From the NCBI GenBank assembly GCA_012295275.1, contig CM022675.1:620001-684000 (forward strand): a stretch of DNA of 64,000 nucleotides, written 5' to 3'. Positions 15,401 through 29,725 of this stretch are shown one piece after another. The notes beneath the pieces are model-generated. The model did no database searches, was not told the origin of the DNA, and was given only the letters and a program-made list of their open reading frames with translations. Source of the stretch: Chrysomallon squamiferum. Its lineage: Eukaryota; Animalia; Mollusca. Made by a program: the position numbers and the translations under genes. Positions within the stretch are counted from its first letter, which is position 1, and each line of letters begins with the position of its first letter.

Positions 15401-16304
15401 ATCAATACTTAGTTAATAAATCTCAAAGAGTTAATTAATATTAAATCAATATTGATATTATTAAATAAAACATTAATGGCACTGAAAATTTCTGATAATA
15501 TCTGTTTAATAACGTTTCAATAGATGAACCATAAAATAAATATTAATGAACAAAATTATTAGTGCATGAATGAATGAATATTTCTGTGAATATGTTAATT
15601 TCAGATAAACAGAAAATTAATAAGTCTGAATACATACTATATAATGAAATGTCAACATTTTAAAAAAAAAAAAAAATAAAAAAATGTACTGGGTGAATGA
15701 AGTGATGTATACTTAATACTTCAACTTGCTAATATTAAATCAATGATGATTATGTGAATTTATTAATGAATGAATAAATAAATGTATAATATGTAAGAAT
15801 ACTTTAATTCAAATATTAAAATAATGAGAATGAATATTTATTTAATAAGTTATAAAAAAATCATTATTTGGTGATTTAGTATATTGATATTAAAATAAAT
15901 GAATCAATTATTAAATAATCATGATAATAAAATAAAAATGTAAAAGAATGAACAACTAAAACTGCTTCTGTTTTTTAATATTATAATAAATGAATTAATT
16001 ATTATTTAATCTTGTCAATATAGTAATATAAAAATAATAATTCAAATAAAAAAAAAAAAAACTTTTTTTAATGATTTCAGTTCACTAATATTAACAGCTA
16101 TACATTTATTTTGTTATAATGCGATTTTAAAAAATCCTAGAAAACTGGGCGTATTTTATTTATTTCAATATTTACGTTGACATTATCATGTATATTTAAT
16201 ATTTTCAAATGTTAATTCTGTTAAAATAAAAGTTTAACATCCATCATTGTTTTCATAACATGAATTATGGATGTGTTCTGCAGTCACTTTTTTATTATTA
16301 TTAT

Positions 16305-16350
<46 letters not shown>

Positions 16351-16385
16351 TGTAGTTGTTGTAGTAGTAATAGTAGTAGTAGTAA

Positions 16386-16452
<67 letters not shown>

Positions 16453-16794
16453 TGTTGTAGTAGTAATAGTAGTAGTAGTAGTAATAGTAGTAGTAGTAGT
16501 AGTAATATTTTAGCATTTTTTCTTAGTTTTTATCTTTCATGGGAGTCTGTTTAATATGAATTATGGATGTGTGTCGTCTGTTTTTACTATATTAGCAATT
16601 TTTTTTTTTTTTTTTTTTTTTTGTGTGGTAGGCAGTTTTGGGGATGTTCTAGTTTTCATGTTTAAACTTTAATTTATAAACAGATGTAGTCACTGTGGAT
16701 GAAACTTGATTTGTATCAGTGTTGTTACTTTAGTAATAATCTTCTGCCTATAAGGGTAGTATTACTGATGTAAGGGATACAGATAGACAGACAG

Positions 16795-16891
<97 letters not shown>

Positions 16892-17850
16892 GACAAACAG
16901 AGAAATATACAGATATGCAGATTCAAGCTCATATAAACAGACACTTACATACACACAAACAGATACAATGATACATATTTACATACAAATACACACACAC
17001 ACATACAATGATACATATCAGGGCTAAAATTCCATGTGGATTCTCATGGAAGCAGTCTAAGAGAATCTTCGAATTCTCAACAGTTTCAAACGACAACTTT
17101 ATCAACAGTGGTAGATACACAGAATTCTGTGTGAAATGTGACAAACTGTATACAAAACCACCCTTACTGTTTGTCAGCAACAGTATAATCCAGATTTTAA
17201 ACAAAAATAATGCCTGATATAATATTAAATTACTACATACTGTTATTATTGTTATGTAAGAACTGAACAAACATGTTTAATTCGGTAACGTTTTACTCAT
17301 TGATTATTCAATTTAACATATGCTTGGAAATATTTCATACGAATCCACGTGGATTTGATTGTTTTATTTTTAGCCCTGAATATTTACATACAATTATACG
17401 CACGCACACGCATGCACGCACGCACACATGCATTCATCCATACATACAAACTTACTAATAACATAGGTAGGACAGACAGATGGTAAGATAAATCCCTTTT
17501 GATCTTTGTAAAATATTTTATTGGGGATTAATTTATCATTAGATAGTGTGTGATTTGTTTGATGAGACTGTGCATAATTATCTAAATAACCTCATTTAAA
17601 CCCTGTAAGAAAATATTTTAAAAGTGAAATTATATATCAAGAAATACAGGGAAACTACTCATTTGCTTTAAAAAAAGGAAAACTGTTGGTTTGAAAAAAG
17701 AAAAGAAAATATGTGCAAATAAAATCTATTTATTTATTTATTTATTTATTTTATTTAGATTAATAGGGAACACTTATAAGACTTTGAAAGTGCAGCAAGA
17801 AGACGGAGAGAAAAAGAAAACTGAGGAGAAAAAGACAGAGAATCAGATAA

Positions 17851-17887
<37 letters not shown>

Positions 17888-19161
17888 TAGAAAGATAAAG
17901 ACACATCTAAAGAGACATACAGAAGTATGGATATGTAAAAAAAATGGAGCAGAGTACACTGCTGAAGATTTGGTTGTTTTTACAAAACGAATTCAGTACG
18001 TACTGTGCCCCCCACGATTCTCCCGAGAGGGTACCACGCCCGGTCATCAAACCAGTTGAGAAAATTGTAGAAGCCATGTGACACCATGTGATGTGTCGCT
18101 CTGTAGTTAAACCTGAAACAATCAACACCAATTTCATTAATTAGTCACTTTAATTAATCACATTTACACACTGCACCTAGCAGTAAACTGTAATTAAATC
18201 TATAGATAACAAGTTAAATAGAAAAATACTGAAAACAAAGATAAAAATAACCGTAAACATTTAACTGGTATATATATATATGTATATATAATAAATTTAA
18301 AAAAAGCATAAGTTATCTGTAATTAGATCTATAGATTAAAACCAAGTAAAAATAACTAAAAGTATATCGGTCATTCCGTGTCAATTCACCAGAAAAAAAA
18401 AGAAATTTAAACCCGACCGTCTCAGATTTTTATAAAACTTGGTATACTTGTTGACTGGGATCCCACAGCACCAAATCTGAAATGTTAGCCCAATCAGACC
18501 AGTGGTGTGGGAGATATGGCCCACCGAATTTTGAGATTTTTGCCAAAAATGGGTGTGACCACCAACCTTAGAACCCTTATATCTCAGGAACTACTGGGCC
18601 AGTCTTCATAAAATTGGTATTGTTAGAAATGCAAAATGACAAGGATACCAAATCTGCCATTTTTGTTTAGTTTGGAAAATATTGGAGTACCCTGATTTGG
18701 TGCTGTGGGATCCCAGTCAACAAGTATACCAAGTTTCATAAAAATCTGAGACGGTCAGGTTAAAACCTTTGGGTGATTTGACACGGAATGACCCATATAA
18801 AAAAAAAAAAATGATTATAAACTATTTGTAATAGTAACACTAACAAGATCTACAGACAGCCAAGTTAATTATAATATTAAAAAGAAAAAAAAGTAAAATT
18901 TATAAATAATCAAAATAATAAACAGATCTATTGACAAACAAGTTAAAAATAACTAAAGAGAAAAATAATATATTTTAACAAATTGCATTAATGTGTCTAC
19001 ACTACAACAAATTCATATAAAAAATTAGCTTAGTACATATAATAAATGCAATTAAGAGGAATTATGCTTATATATATATTTATTATTAATTATATTTGTC
19101 CAAATTAGTAAATAATAACTATGTTTACTAAGCAGTGCAAATTAATGATATATACATTTAC

Positions 19162-19199
<38 letters not shown>

Positions 19200-20573
19200 T
19201 TACATATATTTATGTATTCATTTGCCTGTCTGTCTGTCTGTCTATCTATATTTATTTGTTCACACACACACACACAGTCTAAAATGTATGAAATATAAGC
19301 TTTCCACTGTTTTCATAAATACACAACAGCTAACATACTGCAACAAAAAGTAAAATAACTCATTACTTATCTAAATTGAATCTCTATACGTGTGTCTAGT
19401 TTATGAATATTTTTATATATGCACATACAGTGTACTGCAAAACACAAAATTAATGCTTTATATAAAATAACATGCAACCACAACTGTCAAAAATGTGTGT
19501 ATTAATCAATGCGCTGACCATAAGACAACTTGTTTACTTGATGTGATGCTTGCGGTGAAAAGGCAACAAGCTAATTGTGTCGTACAATGGCTGTGTTTTT
19601 GCATAATGTCATTTTATTGTTGTGAAAACAACTTGCTAGACATTCAGTTTAAGAAAGACACAGAGTGTATCAAACAGGGTTGGATTAAAGCTGGTTTGCT
19701 TGACGAGTTCCAAAATTGAAAGAACATATTTGTGAAACCGAACCAAAACTCTTTGTGTTTGGTATGTGAATGTGTTTGAACTTTATTGTTTTAATGAATT
19801 GTTTGAGATAATTACCAAGTGAAATAAAACTGCTGTTGTTCACTAATTCGTATTTTTATTCTATTTTTGTTATAAATGTGTGCATCAAATACCAGTATGC
19901 ACTTTTCGCATTAATTTCTCTCAAGCATTAATTTCGTGTTTTACAGTATGTACATATATAATGTATAATGTACACACATCCTACACTCACAGACCTGTGT
20001 ACATTGCTGTGTATAAAAAAACATTTTCAGGTTTGTGTGTTAACATCTCTACATATGAATGCACCAGGATGTCTGTTCATCCATCTGAATGTGTTTGTAA
20101 CAACCACTGAAGCAATTAAAATTAATTATTCTGAACGCCAGAATAACAACACATTTTACACAAAATTTCAACATTCAGTCAACCACGACGTTTGTCACCA
20201 ACGACAACAGCACAGTGGACTGAAATAAATAAGCTGAACAGTTTTACAAGGAAGTGGGAGCTGCACGTATTAATAACATGGATTAGAATTCATTTTTTTT
20301 TTTTAAAGTTGCACATCCTCATTTAGAAAACAAATTACAAAATGTTACAATTTCTGTGACAGATCACACCAGACTAAGTATAAAGAATAGAAAGAAGTAA
20401 ACTTTTGTTTAACTTTGACACTGAAACACAACTGCTACAAATTTAAATTTTATTCATTTTAAAATATTAAATTACTTTTATGTACTTTCATAATTATATA
20501 TATATATATATACACACACACATACACATATACAAGTGTATGTGTGTGTGTTTAAAATACAACTATATGTCTG

Positions 20574-20609
<36 letters not shown>

Positions 20610-21254
20610 GTCATTTATTTTAAACCTGTAGATCTCAAAATCCATATTCCCCAAATATTTCTGACTGTTTCAGTTTTTATTAAAACACATCCAAACAAAC
20701 CAGATGTACTGGAAGGGAAATTGATACTGACTGTAAACAAATACACTACAGTGGAACATTATGGTGGCCATCAGATAGTTATCACACAGAATTAAATATT
20801 AATTAAACAAACAGAAGGGATAATGTTAGGTAACATGTCGTTTGTGCACAGACAGACATGTGTATCATATTGTATCACACACACAAACACGTGTCTGTAT
20901 TATATAAATATAAATATATACATGTGTGTGTGTTCGTGTTTAGATAGATAAGTAGAGAGATAAATAGACACAACATGTGCATCAATGTATTTTATCGTAT
21001 TGTTTTGCATCTTGAAACACGTGTCTAATTCTGCCTGCTGTGACATCAGTACATTGTAACAGAGCTGTGGTGATGTCTCACACACACACATACACACATA
21101 CTAAAATGTCACAGTGAGTATCTGACAAGGATAATATATCAGTGATGTCACACTCTTATGTTCAGGTGTGAATTGATTCTACAACAGGTGTTTTTACACT
21201 ATCTGTATAGAGACATCCACTGTATACCTAACTACATATGTAAATATATACACA

Positions 21255-21289
<35 letters not shown>

Positions 21290-21574
21290 CTTAATGTGTG
21301 TACACATATCTGTGTGTGTGTGTCATGTTTTCACATTTCACAACAATTCTGCATATATATCACATTTATTTACCTAATATACATTTTTATATAAATTATA
21401 CAAAATTAATATATATCGTAACTGAATTGAAAACTTTTCTGGAAGGGTGACATTTAGCTGAGGAATATTTGTATGTATGAGAGTCTGGTGACTTTGTGTG
21501 TTTCAGAATAACAACAGATCATGTGAATGACTGCATGAATTGTTCACTAATGGGTTAAATAACGGAAAAGTATG

Positions 21575-21617
<43 letters not shown>

Positions 21618-24600
21618 CAATAACTATGAGATTTGTTTCTTACTTCTCCATGGCAACCAAGACAAAACAATGAAATCATTTACTGTAGACCTTTCTATGA
21701 ATAACCTTTATTCTTTCATTGTAACAGGAAACTCTGAGAATATTCAACATGTACAATGGGTGACATCCCTTGAGAAAAACAACAACGAGTGCACAACAAT
21801 AGATGTCAGAGGTTTACAAGATTGATTACTTGATAATGTGGAAGGGACAACATGGAAACTCAGAGCAGACTGTATCTAGAGAGTTTGACTTCAGAGGGTT
21901 TCAGGATCAAATAACACAGGTGTGGCTGGTTCTTATTTGTTTAATTATTTACATCTCTTTTTATGAAAAGGCAATGAACTGCTTAAAAAGCTGTAAGTTC
22001 AAGGATCAAATAGCCATAAGTTGAAATAGATTATGCTGGATTTGGTTTTGTCTTTTTTAACTTTTATTTTTAAATTTCCAATCAATGTTATTTTTTAAAA
22101 TGATTTTGACCAATGTAAACATTCCTAAGTTTATTAATTTAGAATGTGTCAGTTTAAAAACAGCGTATAATTTTTTATATATATATATATATAAAAACAA
22201 TATTGCCATGGAAACAGAACAACAGATGTACACAACAGTGTGACTTAAATAAACAAACTCAACTGAAAATGCAGCATGAATAAACAAACAGATTTTGTTC
22301 AACCAGTTTATACAGATAATTTATTATAATTTATGCAAAGAACAAATCAGTGATGCATTTTTGTCATCTGTATATATTGAACTATACATCATTTATATTT
22401 ATTTATACTTTATGCCTATCTTTTTGAGACTGTTCATTGGCAGTATCATAACTAGATATCAGTATTACTTTAGATCAGAAATAATTAAATATGGACGTCC
22501 ACCAAACTGTCTTCTGCACTAGGAAGTCATTTTATCTATCCCACAGTGCACCATGAATTTTCCTTTGGCATCTTCAATATACTGAAATGTTACATGAAAC
22601 AAGAACAGTATCACTGTTTTCATCCGCCTCACTTTCAAGAAATACTAAATCGCCTAAGTCACCCAGAATATTTTGAAAAAATTAATAATACTGCCTCATT
22701 TGTAAAGTTGATTAAAACCTATCGAAATGAAATAATGGGATCACATTATTGCAGTAGATATCAAACTGTTTTCGACTTTTCTCAGTTCCTTTATCGTCTG
22801 GAACATTTCAAAAGAGACATCACAGTCAGATTAATTTTCTTAAAATTATTATTACTGTGCACCTTCGCATTTATAAAATTCTTTTCTTAATTATTATTCT
22901 ACACGTAAGTAAAAACGTCAAGGAATGCACTGGCGTGAATGCAGACACTTTATCTGAATGTGGAAGTTAGAAAACAACAAGGACACATTATCTAGATCCT
23001 AGTTGTCATGGTGACCACGATATACTGGTCTCCGGGTCAACTTGACTTGAGAAAATAATGCAAATATTTCTCAATGAAAATAAACGAAGTGATAATTTGA
23101 GAGGGGTTCACTGTACTATAAATAATTAATGATTTATTTTATTATTCAGTTTACAACCCAAGTTCATGCAGGAATAGAAACACACTGATGTCACTGAATA
23201 CTGCACCGAAAAACCATTTAAAATATTGCACAAGTAAATGAATATTTTTATGTTAAACACCAACACTGTTGAAAAAATGAAAGCCCAACCCACAAAAACA
23301 TAATTAAATTTGATAATTTCAACAAGCTTTTGATAAAGAATTCAGTTACACAACTATGGTATAACATCTGTTTCTCTTCACAATCTTCAACAAAAGAATT
23401 TCTCTTTTATTTCTTCAACAAACTGAAACATAAATCTGCATAAAGTTACTGGTGTATTTTTTCTTTTAAGAAAATTAAAAACTGATATATGTGTTAAATG
23501 TTTAATATCCGATTTAATCTGATTGTTATTATAACTATTATAAATAATTCTTAATTTTTTTTTTTTAAATTAGTAACCACAACTAAGTATTTATTGATCA
23601 AATTTCAAACTAGTATGTGTATATATGTGTGTTGTATGTATATGCATTTACACATGATACATCCGATACATAAAATGCAGCAGCTGAAGCCCCCTGCTAA
23701 CAAACTAAAATTAATGAACAACTGTATTCCATTTGTGAACATCAAAGAAAGATTTAAAAGCTGAGCAGACATTAATGAAATATTTATTAATTCGAATATG
23801 AAATATCACATAACAATAACCAACTGTCAAAACCTCAGAGAATTCTTAAATGAAAATCAATGTTTTCATTTCAATTTTTTAAAATTATTATCGTTATTAT
23901 TATTATTCCCCCCCTCCCCCACCCTGACTATTGAGGTTGAAACTATTAATAGATGTATCTGGCCTGATCAAAAAATCTTTAAATTTCCAAATTATTAATT
24001 TATTCATTTTGGTAAAAACTTATCGTCACTCATAACAAAGTATGACAGTAAAACAAGACTGTTACAAAAAAACAGTTTCACTAACAGTCCTGCTGTGTTT
24101 GTGTAAATGAATGACAGCTGTATATCTTCATACAATTCTTTAAGAAAAACCGGGAAAAAAATGTCTGCCATGAATTAATTTTATTTGTGCCTGCAGGAAA
24201 AAAAAATCTTTTGATTAACACTTCCATCCAAAGACATTTATTTGTGATGTACATACCTCCCAGAACCTTCAACAAATATGGGCTACATGACCCTTTAGTA
24301 ACACTTTATAAAACTGTATGTAATAATAAAAAATCGAACAGCCCATTATTCATAAACCTTGTTCTTCATACCACACACAAAATGTTCGGAGTATAAAACT
24401 GATGTACAACACACACACAAAAGACAACTAACTTTGATAAATCAGTCTTGGGGCTCTGGTTGAAAAATGAGATTAATCTCCCAACTCTTCACAAGGGCAT
24501 AAAAAAAAAATTAAAAAAAGTAGGACATTAAGGTTTTTCCAGGAAGTTCAGTTTTGTGTGACGTATGCCTGATTAAAAACTGAAACCAGCTGAATATGTA

Positions 24601-25272
24601 GAGTGTATGACCAAACAGAGAATATATTAAGAAAAATATTTGGTAATTTACTGCTTTAACTAGTGTGAAGTTAATAGTAATTGGCTATCACACTTCATTA
24701 AAGTACTTCCATATGACTTTTTGTTTTGTTTTTCTACAAAACTGACATTTTAGTTTAATTTAAGTTAATGAAATGCTACTCTCTATCTTTTAAGAAATTG
24801 TATCTGAAAATAGTTTGTGTTGTTCTGGTACTGAACAGCAACAGTTATGAATATGTGGCTGTCTGTTTATGTATGACTTCAGACTAGAAACCATGAAAAT
24901 GCACAAAGTGAGAAATGAATGTCAGGCAATATAAAAACAGATAATAAATGAAAAAAACACAGACGTTGAATTAAAATTCAACTTAGCTAACAGTAATATT
25001 CAAAAAATTTAAGCAAACAGTAATATCAGGTATTTCAACGAAAATTATATATGTGCATATGTTTATAAATTCAAAAAAAGAAAGGGTTATTCATAATACT
25101 ATTAATATTGTTCACAGACAAAATAAGTATGTGTTCCTGTAAATATATGTATGTATATGTATGTGTATATCTACTATATGTATGTATGTATGTGTATGTA
25201 TGTGTGTGTGTATGTATGTATGTATGTATATATATATGTATGTATGTATGTATATATATATGTATGTATGTA

Positions 25273-25307
<35 letters not shown>

Positions 25308-26962
25308 ATGTATCTATATGTTTGTATGTACAAGAGAAGTAAAGTTTGCTACAGGACAAATGGAACTGAAAAAGTGTCACGCGTGTGAAAGTGATCAATC
25401 TATCACTGTCAGTCTACAGTTTGTACAAATGAAAATGAACTGTGCTAAAAGCCTGAGGTGTGGCTGGTTCGAGGATCAATACTTCTGTAAGCATCCTTGG
25501 GTTATGTGCCAATCTAGCGAGTGTCCTGCAGTTGTTTATCAGAGACCTGGCCAACAAAAGCAGACCACAGATTTAAAGCTGCAGGTTTCTTTTTCTTTTT
25601 TATCACTGCATACACATATGTAATAAATATAAAATATAAGAAAAGAAAAAGATAAAATATAAAAACCACTGACTGAATTGTTATAAGCAGATAAAATAAA
25701 GATAAATGTTTTGTTTTGTTTTAAATATTTATTCTGATTCTGGTCATAAACATGTGCACAGCTGTGACACCTGAGTTTGATTTATGAGACATTCAAACCT
25801 GACAAGTAGCAGTGTATTGTAATTAAAAAAAAAATTAAATAAAATTTTAAAAATAGAAAGGGATATTCATAACCCACTCTTGATATCATTCATAGACAAA
25901 ATATGTGGCAGATATTCTTAAAATAGATAAATACATGCACAAAAATATCTTGCTTCTTATCACTAACAAAGTAACAGTAGATTATTTTTCCTTTCTTGTG
26001 TCATAATAAAAACACTAATAAACATTAATATCCAAATCTGTTAATGAGTAATAATGAAATAGCTATTACTTGATTCATTAATAAAATGGTAGTATATTCA
26101 GCTGATCCATATCTCCAAACAAAGAACTGAAAATTTACTTATTTACCCACATGTAAATGATGTTTCAGAGTTATACAGTTTAATGTATTGACTCTTGAGG
26201 AATGAAATATGACTGTTGCAATCTATTTTCAGAAGTATGGCAGTTTTACTGCTTAACAATTGTTAAATTCTACTATTTATTAACTGCATTAAGACTAGCA
26301 GTTTTTCAAATATTCAGCAGATGAGTTGAAAATATTTTAAAACAGGTGTATCTGGTTAGTAGACTATAAATAACAACTTGGACAATAAAATATGAAGTCA
26401 TTTGATGATGTGTATAGTATGCCATCTATGTTACATATTACAAATTATTTGGATTATTTTAGTTACTTTTAACAACATAACAGCTGAGTGCATTTTCATA
26501 TATTTGGTGAAGAACGCATCTGATAATCATCTTTAAAGACTTTGTATTTAAGTCGCATGATGACTTGATTAATCAGTCTAGCATCTCTTAATTTCTCTCG
26601 ATTAGTAGAAGAGTAGAAATATAAATGCACTAGAAAAATGCACATATCTGCAATTTAAATTAAAAATAAAAGGCGTCTTTGTGACAAACGGTCTAACACC
26701 ACTGAGGCATAAAGTACAAATTATAAATCATTGACTTGATGATCGAACTGAGAAGCGATGCACAAAATACAAATAGATCTGCTTACCATGGATCGAATTC
26801 GTGGATTATGCTTTCAAATCTAATGACAGCAAACAGTCTCGCACTGAAGCCTCCTAACCAAGCTAATGCAAGAATGAAAAATGTCAAAAGGCTTTTCCAT
26901 CCTCCAGGATTCCACATCGCCGACCGTATATCGGTTTTACCAGCCATGCCGGTATCCGCCAT
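488..26962 (-). CDS. STT3B: Oligosaccharyltransferase catalytic subunit STT3B, 17 coding exons, 774 aa
   Basis: Exons, all GT-AG and phase-consistent: 26787-26962, 18004-18112, 15086-15195, 13241-13329, 12556-12644, 11917-11982, 10991-11090, 10278-10376, 9553-9699, 8163-8366, 7184-7386, 6037-6224, 5448-5619, 3770-3943, 3106-3219, 2244-2450, 488-565 (2325 nt). Hallmark motifs are [40 protein letters not shown] and [37 protein letters not shown] is B-paralog type, and the C-terminus is Lys-rich. Confidence 0.97.
935..2215. repeat. 34-bp minisatellite (ataaaagagacagaagacagagatgattctatac)n in last STT3B intron
   Basis: Roughly 37 near-identical tandem copies, ending ~30 bp from the exon-16 donor. 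Confidence 0.95.
2700..2985. repeat. Degenerate (GTA/GTT/GCA)n trinucleotide repeat
   Basis: Directly visible and the source of spurious poly-T/V/L ORFs. Confidence 0.85.
4607..5467 (-). repeat. 47-bp tandem array made of copies of the STT3B exon-13 3' end plus splice donor
   Basis: Unit ctacagtattacaaaggttacctactagtgctatgtga(c/t)tgttatta in ~18 copies. Its reverse complement is AATAACAGTCACATAGCACTA|GTAGGTAACC (NNSHIAL plus donor). Confidence 0.92.
6340..6540. repeat. ~67-bp tandem triplication in STT3B intron 11
   Basis: gtagaaattatcatctgattcttatttt...aactaaa..gatt recurs three times. Confidence 0.85.
7925..8170 (-). repeat. Triplicated exon-10 donor region with embedded (GA)n
   Basis: gtaagtaaaaatgcgtaaccactcaccaa occurs at the true donor (8163) and in copies near 8000-8025 and 7935-7960. 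Confidence 0.8.
8367..8660 (-). repeat. Degenerate ~27-bp array copying the exon-10 acceptor (tgtaacctgtaaataaaa)
   Basis: About 10 decaying copies of TTTATTT(G/A)CAG|GTTACA directly upstream of the true acceptor at 8366. Confidence 0.8.
9045..9530. repeat. ~28-bp minisatellite (aaataaataaataaataatgaagtatgc)n
   Basis: About 17 tandem copies next to the exon-9 donor. Confidence 0.9.
10700..10995 (-). repeat. Degenerate array copying the exon-7 donor (tgtttacctgttactaa)
   Basis: Many copies of CAG|GTAAACATTAGTAA following the true donor at 10990. Confidence 0.8.
13285..14530 (-). repeat. Tandem array of STT3B exon-4 acceptor plus first 44 nt of exon
   Basis: About 13 extra copies of (TTTA)nTTTCAG|TGGTCTAACAGCGCTAGCAGTGTATTTTTTTACAAAGGAAATCT ([15 protein letters not shown]) upstream of the true exon 13241-13329. 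Confidence 0.93.
16305..16505. repeat. (AGT)n microsatellite
   Basis: Directly visible. Confidence 0.95.
17019..17378. mobile_element. Degenerate non-autonomous DNA transposon (MITE, hAT-like CAGGG ends)
   Basis: Ends cagggctaaaa..tccatgtggattc and gaatccacgtgga..ttttagccctg are inverted copies. No clear 8-bp TSD remains. Confidence 0.5.
18368..18794. mobile_element. MITE with ~110-bp terminal inverted repeats in STT3B intron 1
   Basis: Left end (c)ggtcattccgtgtcaa..gaccgtctcagattt..aaacttggtatacttgttgactgggatcccacagcaccaaatc is mirrored at the right end (..ttgacacggaatgaccc). The element is flanked by ATAT on both sides. Confidence 0.9.
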
Positions 26963-27268
26963 ATTTTCTGATTTCACACGTCACAACTGTTTCAACCAAT
27001 GAAAACGAGGCACGCTACTGGTAGAAAAATAAGTGTGTTTATCAAGAGTGCGTTCGATTGTTTGTATCAATTTGTTTCCTTGATATTTGGTTACTGGTAA
27101 AAAGAAACGAAAGAACGTCAAATTCAGAACAGTTTGTGTTTAAAACAAATAAAAATCAGAATATGGTATTTAATAAATTCATATTTCATTTACAGGTATA
27201 AAATGATTACTACAATAAAGACTCCAAGAAATAAATTGCAATAATATTAAAATAACGTTTTAAAGATT

Positions 27269-27303
<35 letters not shown>

Positions 27304-29086
27304 GTTCCGCTACACTATATTATACTACTTTACATTCATTTAAAACATACTTCAGTTATCATTTAAAAATTTTTTTTTTTAAAGTTGTCGCGGAAATGAA
27401 ATTAGCTCGAGGCTAAGGCACAAAGTTGAAATATTTTTAAAAACATTGTGTGTGTGTGTGCTCTTTTTCTAAATTTGTTAATTGGTATGAAGGTCGGTTA
27501 AAGATAATTTGTTTAAATTCAATTATAATATCACTATAATTTTCGTAAAAATAAATTATTTTAATTGTTGCTTCAGGAATAATAATTATTACATTATAAT
27601 GCTAAATTTATATATTTTTTGAGACACATACATATTAATCCTCGATTGTTATTACATACATACAGATGTATACATATATAAAAATATACATACATAAAGA
27701 GGCATACAGGCATAGAGGACTACATACATCCACCTTCTATTACGATTTTCATTTTAATATTTTATTTTATTTTTTATTTTATTTTATTTTAATTTATTTT
27801 TTCCTTGCTACTGTTTCACATTCTGTACAAGGTTAGATTATATTCATTATATTTTCATTGCCTATATATGTATTATTTAAATTATCTTGACAATTTTATA
27901 TATATATCTTGACAGTTTAAATCATTTTGTAATCATTTACAGATATTATGCAAAACAATATATTAATTTCACAGAAAAATCATATAGAAATACAATTTGT
28001 ATGTGTGTATTATTTTTCTTTGTCATATTATTGTTGTTGTTGATTGTGGGACGGAGATACCTTTGACTAACACTTAGTAGCAACTTTATTTCATGTGCTG
28101 ATTTAATAAGCATACAACTACCTATATCAGTGTTGTTGCATATACGTTTATATTGTTTTTTAACATCGACCTCAGCCCACCAACTGTTAGTGACTAACAT
28201 TATCTTCTGCAGACGAACAGGCTCTCGGTATAAATACTCAGTATAGTTATGTTTGTAAATTAAGCAGACTCCGTAAACAGGCTTAAAAATGATTTACTGA
28301 TAGACTGAGGCTTGAACGTATTTTATTCCGCGAGAGAAAATAGTTCCATGCAGACGTTTAGCTGGGACAGTCTCGCTAAATCAAAATTTGGGAGACAAAA
28401 AAATCGAACGAACTAAAATTAATCTGATAATATTTAAATATTATGACGTACATTATGAATCTCTTTGTGTTTTGTTTAGTTAAAAATAAATAAATAAATA
28501 AATATTAAAGTAAAATAAAAGTAAATAAAAAAAGTATACGCTCTGATTGACAGTATCGTGAACGCCTTGCTAGTGATATTATTCTTACGTAAGCAAAACT
28601 TATCTTATCATTTATTCTTTGTTATTCTCGTTTAGTAAATTCAAGAGAAAAGATAACAACAAAAGAAAATCGAACTTTTACTTAAAATTGATGCGTACAT
28701 ACATACATACACAGATACATTTTTTTAATATACATTTTTAAATTATTCAGGCTCGTACGCAGAAATTTACGTGGAGGGTGTGTAATCGGCGGACCATGTG
28801 GCCGGAGTTACTAAGTGTGTTCCGTGGGCAAGCCCTCTTTCTCCGATAGTTTTTAAAATCTAGACAAGGGAGATAATCCAGTTATTGTCTATTAGAATAG
28901 GTCCGAGGAAAAATGAACGACATTGTTACCAAACATTAATTTTCTACTGCGCAGTCGACATGGAATCTGCCATACAGTTGACATCGTCGGACTATGTTCT
29001 TATTTTAATTTTGTTTTGTATTTTTCATAAGTTTTTTTTTTTTTCTTTTTTTTTACATTTCTGCAGACGACCCTCAGCAGACTACC

Positions 29087-29128
<42 letters not shown>

Positions 29129-29292
29129 ACTATATTTTGATGCAACTTTTTACAATCTTTGAAACTAATCTCTTTTTTTATTATGGCGAATGGAATTTTC
29201 GGAAAAATATTTTAATATAATTATGCAAAATAACTATAATATTTAATACTTTTCGATGATGATAACAATAATAATAATTAAGTGCTAGTGAT

Positions 29293-29725
29293 AGGATTAG
29301 GGTCAGATTAAGGCAAGGGTTACGATTAGATTAAGATTAGGGTTAAGGTTATGGTTAAGGTTTGAGGTACGCCGGACTCGGGGTGAGGACCGCAGTTAAG
29401 GTTAGGGTTAAAACGAGGACGTGGCACTTTTAACAGAATTACAGGCTATTTTTTTTTTTTTTTTTTTTTTTTCGTGATTTTTCAAAACATTGCAATGCTT
29501 ACAGAAGAGAAATATGACCATTTAAAAAAAAAAAAAAAAAAAACTGCAGCAACATCAGATCAAAAAACCATCAGTGAGACTTCTGCTGCTAGGGTTAAGG
29601 GTTAGGTCATCGCCAGGTTTAAACTTAGGGTACGGTTAAAAGTAAGATTAAAGTTATGGTTAGGGAGCTAGTTAGGGTTACGGCTATGTTAGGGTTAGGG
29701 TTGAGATTAGGAGTAAGATTAGACT
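29293..29725 (+). repeat. Two degenerate interstitial telomere-like (TTAGGG) tracts
   Basis: ttaggg/ttaagg/ttatgg variants at ~29293-29410 and ~29590-29725, e.g. gttagggttagggttgag. Confidence 0.7.

Noticed and set aside
22440-22950. 114-aa plus ORF and broken minus-strand readings in STT3B intron 1
   Set aside because: No recognisable motif or consistent splice structure. It may be an old TE relic, but this is unsupported.
28745-28865. GC-rich patch resembling a tRNA/SINE or MITE end
   Set aside because: No cloverleaf, A/B boxes or matching second terminus could be identified
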